DNA of 64,000 nt from Octopus vulgaris (taxonomy: Eukaryota). Location: NCBI GenBank assembly GCA_951406725.2, contig OX597819.1, forward strand, positions 92,442,001 to 92,506,000, read 5' to 3'. Under the pieces are notes generated by a model. That model was not told where the DNA came from. It saw only the letters and a list, made by a program, of their open reading frames with translations, and searched no databases. This document shows, in pieces, positions 12,601 through 26,226 of this stretch; position 1 is the stretch's first letter, and each line of letters begins with the position of its first letter. The translations under genes and the position numbers were made by a program.

Positions 12601-12802
12601 GATGAAGCGCAGACCCCCTACTGAATAGGGGGCGTTCTGCCTCAGAAGGGGGAAGATCTGGAGGAATGGTAACAACGGACTGAAGCAGAGAAGGGGTCGA
12701 TGAGATAGAAATAGTAGATGGGATAGAAGTAGGATGAGTAGTGGGTATGGTGGAAGGCTGGGAAGGAGGGAGGGAATGGGGAGTATATGTGTTCAGGGTT
12801 TA

Positions 12803-12966
12803 GGCGGAGGAATGGCTGTGTGGTAGGTAGCTTGCTTACCAACCAAATATTTTCGGGTTCAATCCCACTGCGTGGTACCTTGGGTAAGTGTCTTCTACTA
12901 TAGCCTCGGGCCGACAAAAACCTAGTGAGTGGATTAGGAAACTGAAAGAAGCCCGCCGTATATATG

Positions 12967-13021
<55 letters not shown>

Positions 13022-13238
13022 GTGTGTGTGTATATTTGTGTGTCTGGTTTGTCCCCCAGCATCTCATGATGCTGGTGTGTTTACGTCCCCGTAACTTAGC
13101 GTTTCGGCAAAGGGACCCCGATAGAATAAGTACTAGGCTTACAAAGAATAAATCCTGAGGTCAATTTCTTCGACTAAAGGCGGTGTTCCAGCATGGCTGC
13201 AGTGAAATGGCTGAAACAAGTAAAAGAGTAAAAAAGTA
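12803..13238 (+). mobile_element. SINE family A, full length
   Basis: A-box-like TGGCTGTGTGG, B-box GGTTCAATCCC, GTGGTACCTTGGGTAAG, internal TA tract, AAAAGAGT tail. Confidence 0.92.
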
Positions 13239-13435
13239 TATCTTAAAGATGTGTCAAAGGATTTCCTTGTCTTATTATTATTTGGATTAAAGTTTACTTT
13301 TCGCCAACCCCATACAACGGTTTTACTCTCTGGAACCGGACATTGTTGATCGCCCAGAACTCGGGTGTAGTGCTTCTCTCTCCGGAAATACTTTGCCTTC
13401 TTACCCTACGATATTACCTTACCTAAGATATATAT

Positions 13436-13605
13436 GAGCTGGCAGAATGGTTTTGCACGCCGAGCAAAATGTTTGGAGGTATTTCGTCTCTTTTTATGTT
13501 ATGAGTTTATATTTCGCCGAGGTCGACTTTGCGTTTCATCTGTTCAAGGTTGATGAAACTAGTACCAGGCGATTAGTGGAGTAAATGTCATCGACTTAAC
13601 TACTC
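13436..13605 (+). mobile_element. SINE family B (Deu/Nin-domain-like), decayed
   Basis: GCCGAGGTCGACTTTGCGTTTCATC..AGTACCAG core shared with 56529-56697. Confidence 0.7.
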
Positions 13606-14609
13606 CTGAGTAAGAGTAGAAAAGCTATGCACCTTTGTTAAGACGTGTCGCTCAAACCAGTTTATCAAAGTAGGCTTATCAAACTTATATGATCTGAGCG
13701 GAAAACATGCTGAAGCTTTCGTCTTGCAGTGGACTGGAGATAGGCATTCCATATTCAAATCTATGTATATTTGGAGGAGAGAGAAGGTATACGTTTTAAT
13801 TGGTCAGTAAGCGATGAGTAGTTCGGAGAAATAATTGAAGAATAATATTAAATAACGAACCAGTTTGCAGGGCATATTGAAGACTTTTACCATGACACCA
13901 TGGTGATTGTGCATGCGCAAAGACTTACATACAAGCGAGGAGAAACAAGACATTTTAAGAAAGGAAGTGGAAAATATGATTAGAAAAGAGAACAAGGACA
14001 CCAAAAGACTTACTGAATATCTATGAAAGATACAGAAAGTAAGGTGGATAACGTCAGAGAGAGAGAGAGAGGGAGAGAGAGAGAGAGGTGGGAGGAAAAA
14101 GGTGCAAGTAAATGTCGAGATAGGGGTCGCAGAAGAATTGTAAAACGATGTGGTAAGAATATTTATAGAATAGAAATGTGAACAGGTTGATGAATGAGTG
14201 GTGAGAAAGACTGATGGAATGACGAGTGATTAACGGTTAATAGAAAACAATAAAACAAGTATACATCGTATGATGTAATTGATTGGGGATGTTAACGCTT
14301 TATCAATCATGACTTCACATTCATTTATATAGTACAGATGAATCAACGGTGATGAATGGACCAGAATAAGTGTCATTTGATTAACATCAACAACGAAGTT
14401 TTGGCGAATTGACAACAAATGTTATAAGAAATATGACATCAATTAGGGTATCATCTCAAAAGTTGAATTATTATATTACGAACAGGTGTACGTCGGGTAT
14501 TATTATACTTTGGTATTCAACATAATACGCTATCAATAACGCATGCTACAAGCACATTATTCCTCAGAGTTTCTATGTGATTGTTTTTCGTAAGTTCTGC
14601 ACATCTGCG

Positions 14610-14610
<1 letters not shown>

Positions 14611-14695
<85 letters not shown>

Positions 14696-14731
14696 GTCTG
14701 TCTATATGTCTGTCTGTCTGTCTGTCTGTCT
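14611..14731. repeat. (TATC)n/(TGTC)n microsatellite, similar arrays at about 35516, 36053, 38427, 47314, 53241
   Basis: Directly visible. Source of the LSIY ORFs. Confidence 0.95.
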
Positions 14732-14965
14732 GTGTTCGTATATACATACACGCATATGTACGTATGTGTGTGCGTGCGCGCGCATATGTGTGCGTGTGTG
14801 TGCGTTTGGCTGTGACTGTATATATGTTTATCTGAGGCCTGTACCGAGAGAGAGAGAGATTAAAAAGGATAAAGGTGTTTAGAAGTGAGTGCAGCAGGAC
14901 AATTATTGCCAAGTTTTGAGCCATTACCTTTCGTAGGTAGAAAGAATAGGAATCATAGTGGAGTA

Positions 14966-15180
14966 CAGTAATTCCTCGACTATCGCGTGTTACGTTCCAA
15001 CCCCAACCCCGCGATAGGTGAAAATCCGCGAAGTAGAAACAGTACTGTGCTGTATATTTTTTTTTACTATTTTTATAATTTGCATATATTTATTTTATTA
15101 CAGATGCAAATCAAGACCACGACGTAAGCTTTAAATAATAGATCACAATAGGTGAACCGCGATATGGCGAGGGGTGACTT
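14966..15180. mobile_element. pogo/Tigger-like MITE
   Basis: TA|CAGTAATTCCTCGACTATCGCG at the left, imperfect complement CGCGATATGGCGAGGGGTGACT at the right. Confidence 0.65.
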
Positions 15181-17781
15181 TTCCCAAAGACAACGTTCCA
15201 CTTCATGAGACGGCACACTCAAGAATACCTACGGATTGTCGTATCTCATTCAAGCGTGTAACCATGTCATCAATGGGCTTAAACGAACGATCTTCCTCCT
15301 ACTCCCTGGCACACTTCTAATACACTGTTTTCTGCTTTATACTGTAGCGTTCATCTGACCTTAATTCTTCTTATGTGGTTTCTCTATATGTGCATATCAT
15401 TCTTGGCGTTTTTTAATGAAAACTTCGGAAGTTCTTAACATTTTGAAACTTATGAGATCTCTAACCCGAGGAAAACTCATTATTTTTATTTATTGCTTCC
15501 TACTACGACAAACCCTTGAGTTGCGGTGTCTTCCCAAATTTTTGCAGCATTATAGAAGTCTTACAAAGTTCATGACTGCCGCCAATTTTCTCTCACTAAT
15601 CTGTAAAAGCGATGTGCTGAGTGTAAGATGGGAAGAAGATTTATCATAAATTCACTTTAACCGCGGGAATGGCTTCGACATAAATACAGAAAGCGAACAT
15701 GTTTAGATTGTGTTTTTAGGCGAGAAAGTAATTAAAATGCACGGCACAACGCTGCAGGCTTAGAAAGTTATAAACATGCGAAATAGAACATTCCATCAAA
15801 TGGCAAATTGAATTTGATTCCAAATGACATGTAAGGATAAAGTAATAGCCGAATTTGTCGTATAAACCTTGTAGAGCGAACATTTTCCATGCGATTTAGG
15901 TATTGATGCCATCTCTAAATAAATATAATATAGAATCAATTTTGCTAAATCAGATATTATTATTGTCTCCAAAACAGAATTCATTCGAGAACTTTAGCTG
16001 TAATAAAATAAATTAGGTCGATTTTCTACCGGATACACTTTTCAATTGTCGACACTAAGATATGTTATAAAAATCACTACTTTTCTGGTATTAGTTACCA
16101 TTATCAAGAGCGATGGAGTAGCACAATCTTTAAGCCTCGTACTACTTCACAGTATTTTTATAACTGACCTACTACATTCTGGATTGAAATCCAACTGAGG
16201 TTCAATTTGCTGTTTAGCATTCCGAGTTCAATACTAATCGGCGGAATACTCATGTCGGTTTATCGATTTTCAATCATCCTGCAAAATTTGTTAATCGATG
16301 TTAGAATCCAATTTAATTATCACTAACCGCACTCATTTTTGGACACGGATTTTTGCATCGTTAACTTTATATGTAAGCCTATTTCATCTCGTTATTTAAT
16401 AATTTTCAGCAATACTAGGGTGAGATATAATGAATATTTTTTGAGTGTGTAACCAGCGAATTCTCAAGCAGCAATATATAGCATACCATCAATGAAAGAC
16501 TTCCTTTTAGTCTTCCATCTTATAAGAACAGGCAAATTGTTAGGTATACGTATGTATATATAAATTTGCATAGTTTCTAGCCAGTCGTTGAAACGAAGTA
16601 GAATGTGCAGATAAGATGACATTCTTGTTAATAATTCATTTTAGTTCTCACTTAGTTCACTCTTTGGACGTACATAACACTAAAACTGAAATAATAGGTG
16701 GCTCATTACTCTCCGTTAAGTTCTATTCGTACTGTAAGAAATAGAAATTAAATTGGAATAAGATATTTTGTAATGAGATTTTTTAAATTTTTATAAGCTG
16801 CCACTAAAGGTATAATGTGTAGTGATGGGACTCACATAGCAGATTGAAGACTTAAACTGAAAAATACTGGAGTTGTTTAATATATTATACATGTTAAAAA
16901 TAAATAACATCAGACTCGATCTGCTTTTTTTTTTCTCTAATGAAATATTTTTCTTTTTGTCAGAATGTAATTGAAAATTGTGGTGTTCAGGTTTTTAAAG
17001 TGGAGTATTTATTACAACTAAACTTATCACTTGAAACAATGGAAAAGTTGATAAAATATAAATTTGTACATCTCTATAACGTTTTTGTGTAATATCTTTC
17101 CGTTTCCCCTTCAACTCTTGAACTGAAGCAAGTTTCAGTTTAGTGTGATATAAAGTGTGTATACACTTACGCTCGCACACGCACAGACAGACAGCCACAC
17201 ACACACACAAACACACACACACAGACCGACAGATAGACACACCGACAGATAGACACACACACACACTTATGCCCGCATACACACAAACACACACACACAC
17301 ACACACACACGCATGCACAAACATACATGCATAAATTTACGCATACACACATTGATATAACACTATACCACAACTAAGTCTGTCCATACACTTTTCAGTT
17401 ACCATTGAGACAAAAATGCTTACACCATTGAAGCAACAATGTGAATTAATACGTAAATATGCAAAATGACGAATTATAAAAACGTTAAAATGCGAGAAGG
17501 CAGAGGAAATTATTGTGCTACTGACTGGGTAAGAAATCTGCGCACGTCTTCTCTACGGAGCGATCATCAAACTCTGAAATGATCCCTCAGGAAACCCGCT
17601 GTCACAATTTTTTTGTACGCTGATAGAAGGGAAGAAATGTGGTTACATATAAAAGCGTTATGTTCGGTTGTTAGAATGTTAGGCTTACGATTAGCCGTGA
17701 GGTGAGTTCTTGAGTAAGGCCCTTCATTCTAGGTTGCTATAATCTATTCAGAATATATTAAGTGCCAGCCAACTGCTATTA

Positions 17782-19027
17782 CAGTAGCGGCCATAATATA
17801 AAGGTCAGTAAGAACAAGTGTATTGAAATATTTATTATAGAAGCGTAACAAATCGTTGAGACTAGATATTTTACACATATTTAGATATATCTAATATCTA
17901 TCTTTTGTGAAAATGTCAAATGAATGGTATGAATATTACGTAAGTTACGAGGAAGTAAACTAATAATCTTCTTAACTGCAACGCCCAAGACTAACAATGA
18001 AAAAGGGTTCAAGAACAGAATCAAGAAACACTTATTTTTAATATTTTGTGAACACCCCTTTACTATCAATAACTTCCTGACATCTGTTACTACAGGACTA
18101 AATTGATTTGTTGCAAAATGATGGAGTAACATTGTTCCATTCGTTTTCGATAATTCCCAGAGTTCATCTTGGTTCGTTGGATTTCTCCTTCGCGGTCTAT
18201 CTCCAATAATCTTTCAAACGTTTACTATAGGGTTGAGGTGGCTAGTCCTTGAGATCAATCCCTTCATCACTCAAAAAGTCTTTGACTCTCTTCGCTGTGT
18301 GACAGGGAGCGTTGTCCTGCACGAAAATTGAACTGACGAGGATCGGAGATGTGGCAGGGCTTGCTGTCTAAGAATCTGCTTGTAGATTTCAGCATTGACA
18401 GTCCCTTGTAGGTGAATAAGTGGACCAGCAACAGAGATCATTCACCATACCTTTACACTGCCTCCTCAATATTTTACTTTCTTCTTCACACATGCACGCA
18501 CGAGATAACCTTTCGCCACTTCCTCGTTGGACGTACATTCCACCATCGTAACCAATCACATTAAACTTCGATTCATCGCTAAAATGAACCTGCGACCACT
18601 GTTCTTCTGTCCAAACGAAATATTCTTTTGCGAAGCGAAGACGGGTTCTTTGATTTTTCTTGGAGGTCAGAGGTTTATTATCATCACAGGACACCGGTCG
18701 TTTCTCACAAGCCGCAATGTTGAAAGTTGAATGTTTTAAATAATGCAAGATCATAAGAAGTAACTATTAGCCCATTAACAGTCCATTAGTAGCCCAGTTT
18801 TTCTTAGTGACCCTTAACTTTTGGCCGCTGCAATCAGGAAGATTGTATGTTTATTTCGTCATACCATACGAAATATTTATTCCATTGACTTGAAAGTTTC
18901 ACGATAGATAGATATTAGATATATTTAAAGATGTGTAAAATATCAAGTCTCAAGGCATAGTGAATCTTTTATAATAACTATTTCAATACACTTGTTCTCA
19001 CAGACATTTATATTATGGTCGCTACTG
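17782..19027 (-). mobile_element. Tc1-family DNA transposon with about 210-bp TIRs, internally deleted
   Basis: TA|CAGTAGCGGCCATAATATAAA.. and ..TTTATATTATGGTCGCTACTG|TA. Complementarity continues about 200 bp inward. Confidence 0.92.
18050..18720 (-). pseudogene. Tc1-type transposase remnant
   Basis: KPLTSKKNQRTRLRFAKEY..W..EQWSQVHFSDESKFN (ORF 18389-18754), then FVQDNAPCHTAKRVKDFL and LNPI.NV in shifted frames. Confidence 0.88.
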
Positions 19028-19308
19028 TAAAGCCAGTTGTCTCAACATCACTGTTGCCATGAATTGAGAGAGTATTTGCATCTGTCGGCGAATACTTTGG
19101 CATCCATATCAATTAAGAAAAGCGTGGTAAAAATTAGTCATATTATACCAACGTATGAATGACGGCTAAGCGCAAAGAAACACCCACACACACACGCGCG
19201 CAAGATCACACACACGCACACACCCACACACACATACACACAGTGACACACGGTTTTGTTTTTTGGAAATGAAAGGATCTGCAATTCATGTTGTATATTT
19301 CAGATTGG

Positions 19309-19365
<57 letters not shown>

Positions 19366-19386
19366 GTATGATAAACATTTTTTTTC

Positions 19387-20121
19387 GAAGAAGCAAAAAC
19401 TAAGTAATGAGCACAACTAAGTACCTCAAATACATACAAAATAGAAACTCTCCAGCCCATTAGAGACACTTGCGATTTGAACTGAGGTTCGCACAGAGTG
19501 AGGGAGTCCGGAAGTGAACACTATTAAATTTATATTTAATGTAGGATAAATTTTTTTTTTTCGAAAAAATTTTATCATTGGCCAGTATATAAAAAAATAC
19601 CTTTAAAGGTTAAATTTATAAACAACTTAGAAATGAGGGCAAACGAAAAATTTTCTAATGCCAAATATGCCGAAAATTAGACACATTGTCCATAACCATT
19701 ATAATTTTTCACAGTACGCACGCTACTCCAAAAAAGGTCGACAGAAATTTCTAAAAAATTCCATTATTACCATATCAGACCGATTTCAGGGTTAGCTCGT
19801 AAGAGCCCTCTCTTCGTCAGTGATAATTGTGGCAGAGAAACAAATGAGATACTTACTCATACCCATGGAAGAAGCAAAAACTAAGTCATGAGCACAATTA
19901 CCCTACATACATCCAAAATAGAAACTCTCCAGCCCATTAGAGACACGTGCGATTTGAACTTAGGTTCTCACAGAGTGAGGGAGTCCGGGAGTAAACATTA
20001 TTAAATTTATATTTAATGTAGGATAAATTTTTTTTTTTCGAAACAAATTTTATCAGTGGCCAGCATATTAAAAAAATACATTTAAAGTTTAAATTTTTTC
20101 GTTTGTCCTCATTTATAAGTT
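19387..20121 (-). mobile_element. Non-coding Penelope-type element: about 230-bp direct repeats around a hammerhead plus a short terminal inversion
   Basis: 19387-19617 repeats at 19868-20095. About 19625-19655 is inverted at about 20091-20121. Flanked by (TA)n on both sides. Confidence 0.8.
19773..19825 (-). ncRNA. Type-I hammerhead ribozyme, slightly decayed
   Basis: Minus strand UAUCA-CUGACGA-agagAGGGcucuuacgagcuaaCCCU-GAAA-UCGG-UC-UGAUA. Stem III AUCGGU is one change from the palindrome ACCGGU. Confidence 0.8.
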
Positions 20122-20140
20122 ATATATATATATATATATA

Positions 20141-20413
20141 TGATGATACTCCGGTATCGTTTTTGCATCTAGTTCAGTAGATTGCATTTATATCGGCCAT
20201 GCTGACGAAGACTACAGGTATCCTTACGGATAATAATAGTCGAAACTGATTCAGTACATGGATAAGTATTGTTTTTCGTATATTTTCACTTGTTTATTGC
20301 TTGGGTTGGTGTTGAGTTTGATCTGAGAACATAATCTTTTGTGGAGAATGGCGATTTGACGTCTATATCTAGCATGTTGACTGTCCACTTTTTCGTGTTC
20401 AGTCCTTAATTGG
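20141..20413 (+). mobile_element. Short hammerhead-bearing pLTR-like element inside (TA)n
   Basis: About 270-bp non-coding island between TA tracts that contains an intact hammerhead. Confidence 0.7.
20197..20261 (+). ncRNA. Type-I hammerhead ribozyme with intact core, predicted cleavage after GUA at 20256
   Basis: CCAUG-CUGACGA-A-GACUA(cagg UAUCC uuac GGAUA auaa)UAGUC-GAAA-CUGA(u)UCAG-UA-CAUGG. All three stems are complementary. Confidence 0.9.
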
Positions 20414-20438
20414 TATATATATATATATATATGTGTGT

Positions 20439-20601
20439 GTGCAGGATTGGCTCCGTGGTAAGTAACTTGATTATCAACCACATGGTTCCGGATTCAATCC
20501 CACTGCGTGGCACCTTTGGCAAGTGTCTTCTACTGTAGCCTCGGGTCGACCAAAGCCTTGTGAGTGGATTTAGGGGACGGAAACTGAAAGAAGTCCGCCG
20601 T
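20439..20601 (+). mobile_element. SINE family A, 5' half (followed by an unrelated SINE-like tail at 20608-20708)
   Basis: GGATTCAATCCCACTGCGTGGCACCTTTGGCAAG..GAAACTGAAAGAAG. Confidence 0.88.
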
Positions 20602-21792
20602 ATATATAGTGACTGCTGGTCATCCATAAAACAACCTTGCCCGGACTTGTGCCTCAGAGGGTAACTTTCGAGGTGCAATTCCACGACCAAAGGGGCTCGT
20701 TATCCTTTATATATATATATATATATATCTAAAATTTTACAGTGGATAGAAATTATGGAATTCTCGGAATTTATTTTATAGCTCCATAAGTGCACATTTC
20801 TAATTACATTTTGGACAATTAACCATGCGTATTTAAACTCCAGTCTGCCTTACTGAGTTTCCGATTTCAAATGACAAAATTACAATAATTTATGAATAGA
20901 TGAAAGGCTCAAAAGTTGAAGTAAATTTACATTTATATTCATTTCGGTAGTAATAAGGAAAATGCATACACGCCTCTCTCCTCCTTCTACCTCACTTTTC
21001 AATTCTCAAACATACACAGATACACCCACGCATGCGCTCAGTCACATAGAAACGATAAGTGATGCTCAAAGAAATTAAATGACGTTCGACCGTTACCCAG
21101 ATATGTCAAGTAAATCTTTTACATAAAACTAAGATACTATCCGGAGTTTTGCATCTAGTTATTTGTTTCTAGTTTGTGATATCATAATATAATATGTTTA
21201 GGTCGATATTAACATTGGTTTTCATTGAAAAGGTTGTCACGACTCTATTTTCTTTTGGTCGTGGGGGTAAACAATAACTAGTGAATAGCAACCAGCATCC
21301 GGCTTAAGTCTCATAGAATTTATTTATTGTCTTGTTTGGTAGTCTCTGGCAGGCCTTTATAGATAGGACTATTGCTATTATTACATGGTGGAGAATCAAT
21401 TTAAAATTACTTAATCTGACTAGCCCTACTCGTTCGCTTATGTTTTGGTATATTCTTAACAATAAACTGTCAGGTTCGTTTTTTTAAAGTTTTCTTTAAA
21501 AGGATAGCAATCAAAAAATCTTTGTATCCGCAGATAAACACCGACACTCATATGTATACGTCTATAAGTATCATTGTGTAATGCAGTGCATGCGCGCGTC
21601 TTTGTGAGTGTGTATGTGTGTGTGCGCATGCTTGCATGTGTGTGTCTGTGTGAGTGTGTGTGTGCGCATGCTTGCATGTGTGTGTCTGTGTGAGTGTGTG
21701 TGTGCGCATGCATGTATTTGTTTACTCTGGAGGAGGCTATGTGTGATAGATAGATAGATAGATAGAAAGATAGATAGCCAGATATGTAAGTA

Positions 21793-21835
<43 letters not shown>

Positions 21836-23744
21836 ATACTGATATACACAGGTATATCAATGTATGTGTATATAAATATATATTTATATGTATGTATACG
21901 TGTGTGTGTGCTTGTGTATTCATATATTAATATGAATCGACGTATGTATGTAAATACGTATCTATGATTACAATTCTTGTATACATTTCTCTAACAGAAA
22001 GAAGTAAATCAGTTACAGATCCACCGACGCAAATAATAAAACCACAAATGATATTCTCAATGAGAGCGAAATTTGTAACAGTGACGGACGTTCACGCTAA
22101 AAGCAACAATAATATTGAATACTCTTATTTGCTGCAACAGCTGCTGTTCTACGTGAATATATTTCTCTTTGATTAGTAGCTGACACCAACTTGTAGCTCA
22201 GTAAACCAGTAAATCACTGAAGCTATGAAGCAATGGAATAGAGAAATGGTGCAGCACTATCCTGCTTTCAAATAAAACAGTAAACACGGTTAGTAATCAG
22301 TGTGACAGTTAGAAATTATACGTAGAGACTTTTAGAACCTACTAGAAAGTGCAGCAACTCGTTCATAAATCACAAACAAGCTTCTTTTTTTAAAGTACGA
22401 GAGGTCTTATTAATTAATCTGTTGTTATAAAAACCTTGTTTGAAGGAAAATATAACTAGATGATCATGGTGAGAACGATTTAGTCGTAGGTCATTGATGA
22501 AAACGAGGCTACACATCAAGAATTAAAACACTGTGGCAGCAAAGCGTTCCAGCAGACATTATCCCAAATGGCGTATATTTTAAACTGTTGGGTGTAATGC
22601 ATGCAGCATGTTCAGAATCTTACAAGAATTTAATCACAAGGACGAATGATACTTTTCCTTTCCATATATTTTTTCATGATTCTGTTGAAGTTCATTGTCA
22701 CAAGAGCATCATTATATTCTATATAATTTGCATGCAGAATGAAGTGTTAAATCTTCGATTCTAACATTTTTGGTGTATTCAAAGCTATTAGTGTATAGTT
22801 GTTTTAAGTCACACATATAACAAATAAGATATAAGCGCCATCATGACATATACTAACATATACAAAAAAGAGATTTTAATATTTTGAATCTTCCAAAATA
22901 TTTGGAATCCGAGAATCAACAGATTATTAATTGAATGAATATTTTATTTTAAATGAAAGTCGCATAATAAGCGTATTCTATTTCTTAAATATTTTATTTA
23001 AGATGCTTTCAGTGCGTATTCACTTGAGAATGCGTAAAGTAAAATCACATGAAGCAATTCTCAGTGAGCAAAGAATGCATTCGAGGTGATATTTAATTAC
23101 TTAAATTTTGATAAGCATTCTAATCAATTGTTTAATTAATTCAATGAACCTGCTTATTTTATACAGCCTATATGTGCATATACATTTTCAAAATTTTAAA
23201 AATATTCAAAATATATCGTTAAATTTTACTGTTCTCGGTAGTAACAACTTTTTTTTTTCAATATATATTTCACAACTAAATATTAGAATATGTTTACGTA
23301 TTTTGATATTTATCTGTGAATAATATTTTTAATTATTGATTTAAATACACTTGGACTTGAAAATTGAATATTTTTCATTATTTAGTTTTAAGCAATAAAT
23401 TACAAGGAACTGGTGTAATTTTAATTGAAATACTTTCCACTAAGTGAGTAAACAACTTTAAAACAATGTTCTGCTTCATAGAGAAATTCAACTCGTAACC
23501 AATTTCTTTAAACGATTCTGGAAGTAAGAAACGAAGTACGAGTTTTATTTTTGCTCAGGAAATAATGGATTATGGAATTTGTAAGTCTTTTCTACGATAA
23601 AAAGTAATGACAGACTTAAAAAGTACCATTTTCATTCTTTCTGTATCAAGTAAATTTGGTGTTAACAATATGTAAAAGACAGTGTACACAATTTCGTAGA
23701 AATAACACAGACACATCATTCCGCCATATCGCACGCACAAAAAG

Positions 23745-23785
<41 letters not shown>

Positions 23786-26226
23786 AGAGAAAAATATAAG
23801 AAGGAGAATGAAGAGCTGAAATGAATCAGATTTTTTAATGGAAGTAGTGAAATACGTTAAAATATATATATCTTACATATCTCCAGCTTGTCTACACTGG
23901 CAATTATATCAATTACTTCGTTTGACTCGACGTATTTTAATGAAAAGTATCGTCACTGAGAGCAATTAAGACAAAATATAGAAATTTATTTTCACTTTTT
24001 GTATTTCAATTAGATCAAAAATATTATGTAATATATGTTTCTCATATGAATATACTTTGTACTGAGTTGTAATATAAACATTTCTTTTCTTTTTCTATTA
24101 TATTTTCATGAATTATAACTGTAAGTTAATTAATACATTTTGTTATACATTTAAATGCAATCAATGTTATACTTAATACAATACTGTATCCACTTGAAGA
24201 CATCTTTCGTAGACTAGCGATTTCAAGTATAGCGATCATAAATATTTTTATGGTTCTATTATTTTACTTTCATTGTTCAAAAGTGATGACATCAGTAAGG
24301 AAAATGAAATAAAAAGGAATAATTTCACAACATCAATTATGGCTTGGCATTAATAGATGACAAAAGATAAATGAATTTATTGTTTCACTTGTCTTAGAGC
24401 ATTGACTTCATAAACTTCTTTTTAAATTTTCATTTCCACAATTTAGAGATACATACGTCTTCCAAACCACCCATATACTTTGAGAATATTGGAAAACTTG
24501 TGAAAGACTGAAAAAAGGCTCATAATGAAATAAGAAAGCTGTATTTTCGCAACGTTCAGTATTAAAGCTTCACTTTGAATTGCCATGATAGATTACTCGA
24601 AACCAAAAGTCGGGTGCCATTAGTGAATGGGTTAAAACTGTAGCGGGGGAGAAATATTAAGTAAATCATGTCAGGTGAGAAAGAAACTATGCAGTTAGTT
24701 CTGTGTCTTTGTCTGCACCAATTTGGAAAGAATAAATTTCTGCCAGCAGAAAGTGTGAGGGAACCAATAGTTTCTTCACTCAAAGATCATGCAAATTTTG
24801 TGATGAAATTGCCGAGACTACATATGTCAGCAGTAATTCAATACTATTGACGCCTGCTACGTAAAGAGCTTTTGAAGCAAAAAAGGGAAAGCAATTTGAT
24901 TTGTTCTCCACTTGAGCTGAGATTTTAGAAAAATGATGGCTGTGACACACTTGATTCATATTTTATACCCCGAAGATTGGAGGTGTACAATGTTCCTGTA
25001 CTTATTAGTGGAGTTCCATACACAGTATAATACCGTCACTAGTTTTGTGGCTTTGAGAAAAACAAATTCAACTGTAAAAGTGAAATTATTCTTTGCCTGA
25101 TCTATAGTAAATCATTGATTGTGAAGCTGTAGCAGGAGGCCGTCATAAATGATATGACGCAAAACACGCGATAGTTTTGTGACTTACTCATATGAGAATG
25201 AGGATAATAATGCTGAAATGTCATATTTTACCATTCTGACGTGAGATGGTTTTTATGAAGGAATATTCTCAGTAGAGTTTCAGCTTTCACATCCTATAAA
25301 AACTTTTTTTATTGTAGATCCCAAAATGTCCTTTAAAATTATTTCTTTAGAGGGCATAATATTCATATTAAGCTGACATCTTTAAGTATAGAATGAGCAA
25401 CTGAAAAGGAATAAAGAAATGCAATATGGCAAGATAAAGCATTTCTGCACTTGGATTAAAATTTCTGTACTAGAACCAGAAAGTGCATGAAAACAAGATA
25501 ACTGCCTTTCTAAAAATGATTCTGAGGAAACGAGCAGTAGACATATTAATCAACAGGGTATTTTATCAAACTCAGCGGTTGTCTAATTACTTTTCCAAAC
25601 TTTATTCACACAGTATCAGTTGAATTGCGAATCTCTTTAACTGTAAAGGGATTACAGATATGCGTGAAGCGTCTGAAGGATTGGCAAAGAAACTTTATGA
25701 ACTTCACTCCAACTGTGAAGAATGATCGGAATTTTAGTGCAAGGCAGATTTTTTTGACATCATTTTTGTTGTCAAAATGGGCAAAAGTATTCCTAAGGTA
25801 TATCTGGAAGTTACAAAAAGGAAACTGCTGCATTTCGGAACAACCTATTTTAATGTAAAATAAATTTTAAACAATTTTGAACTTGAGAAAAAAGGACTGA
25901 AAGTAGATGTGCCTAACAACAACATCAAAGTAGTAGTGGTATAAACAAGCTCTAATTCTGATTAATGATTTTTTTCAAAACTGAAATATAATTTTTCAAA
26001 GACCTAGAAGTGGAGTTTTATTTGGCGTAAAATTCTTCAGTTATAAATCGTTTTTATTTTTATTGTTAATTTTTGTTTAGTTGTTATCAAGTTAGCACTG
26101 ATGTTCATTAAAATTTGTTCATACTTTTGATATTGTTAAATTAGCATGCTAATCTCTTAATTACTCCAAGATAATGTATGTGAACATTGGTGCATAGTGC
26201 TATTTGTGGACTATTTTATAATTCTA

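Larger units (their letters stand above)
10190..12800 (-). mobile_element. Penelope-like retroelement, 5'-truncated and decayed, with 3' pLTR
   Basis: RT and GIY-YIG motifs on the minus strand, a hammerhead motif near the 3' end, and termination in a (TA)n tract. Confidence 0.9.

Noticed and set aside
22150-26200. Long microsatellite-poor AT-rich stretch with faint hAT/P-like transposase words
   Set aside because: Too decayed to assign frames, TIRs or a family by eye.
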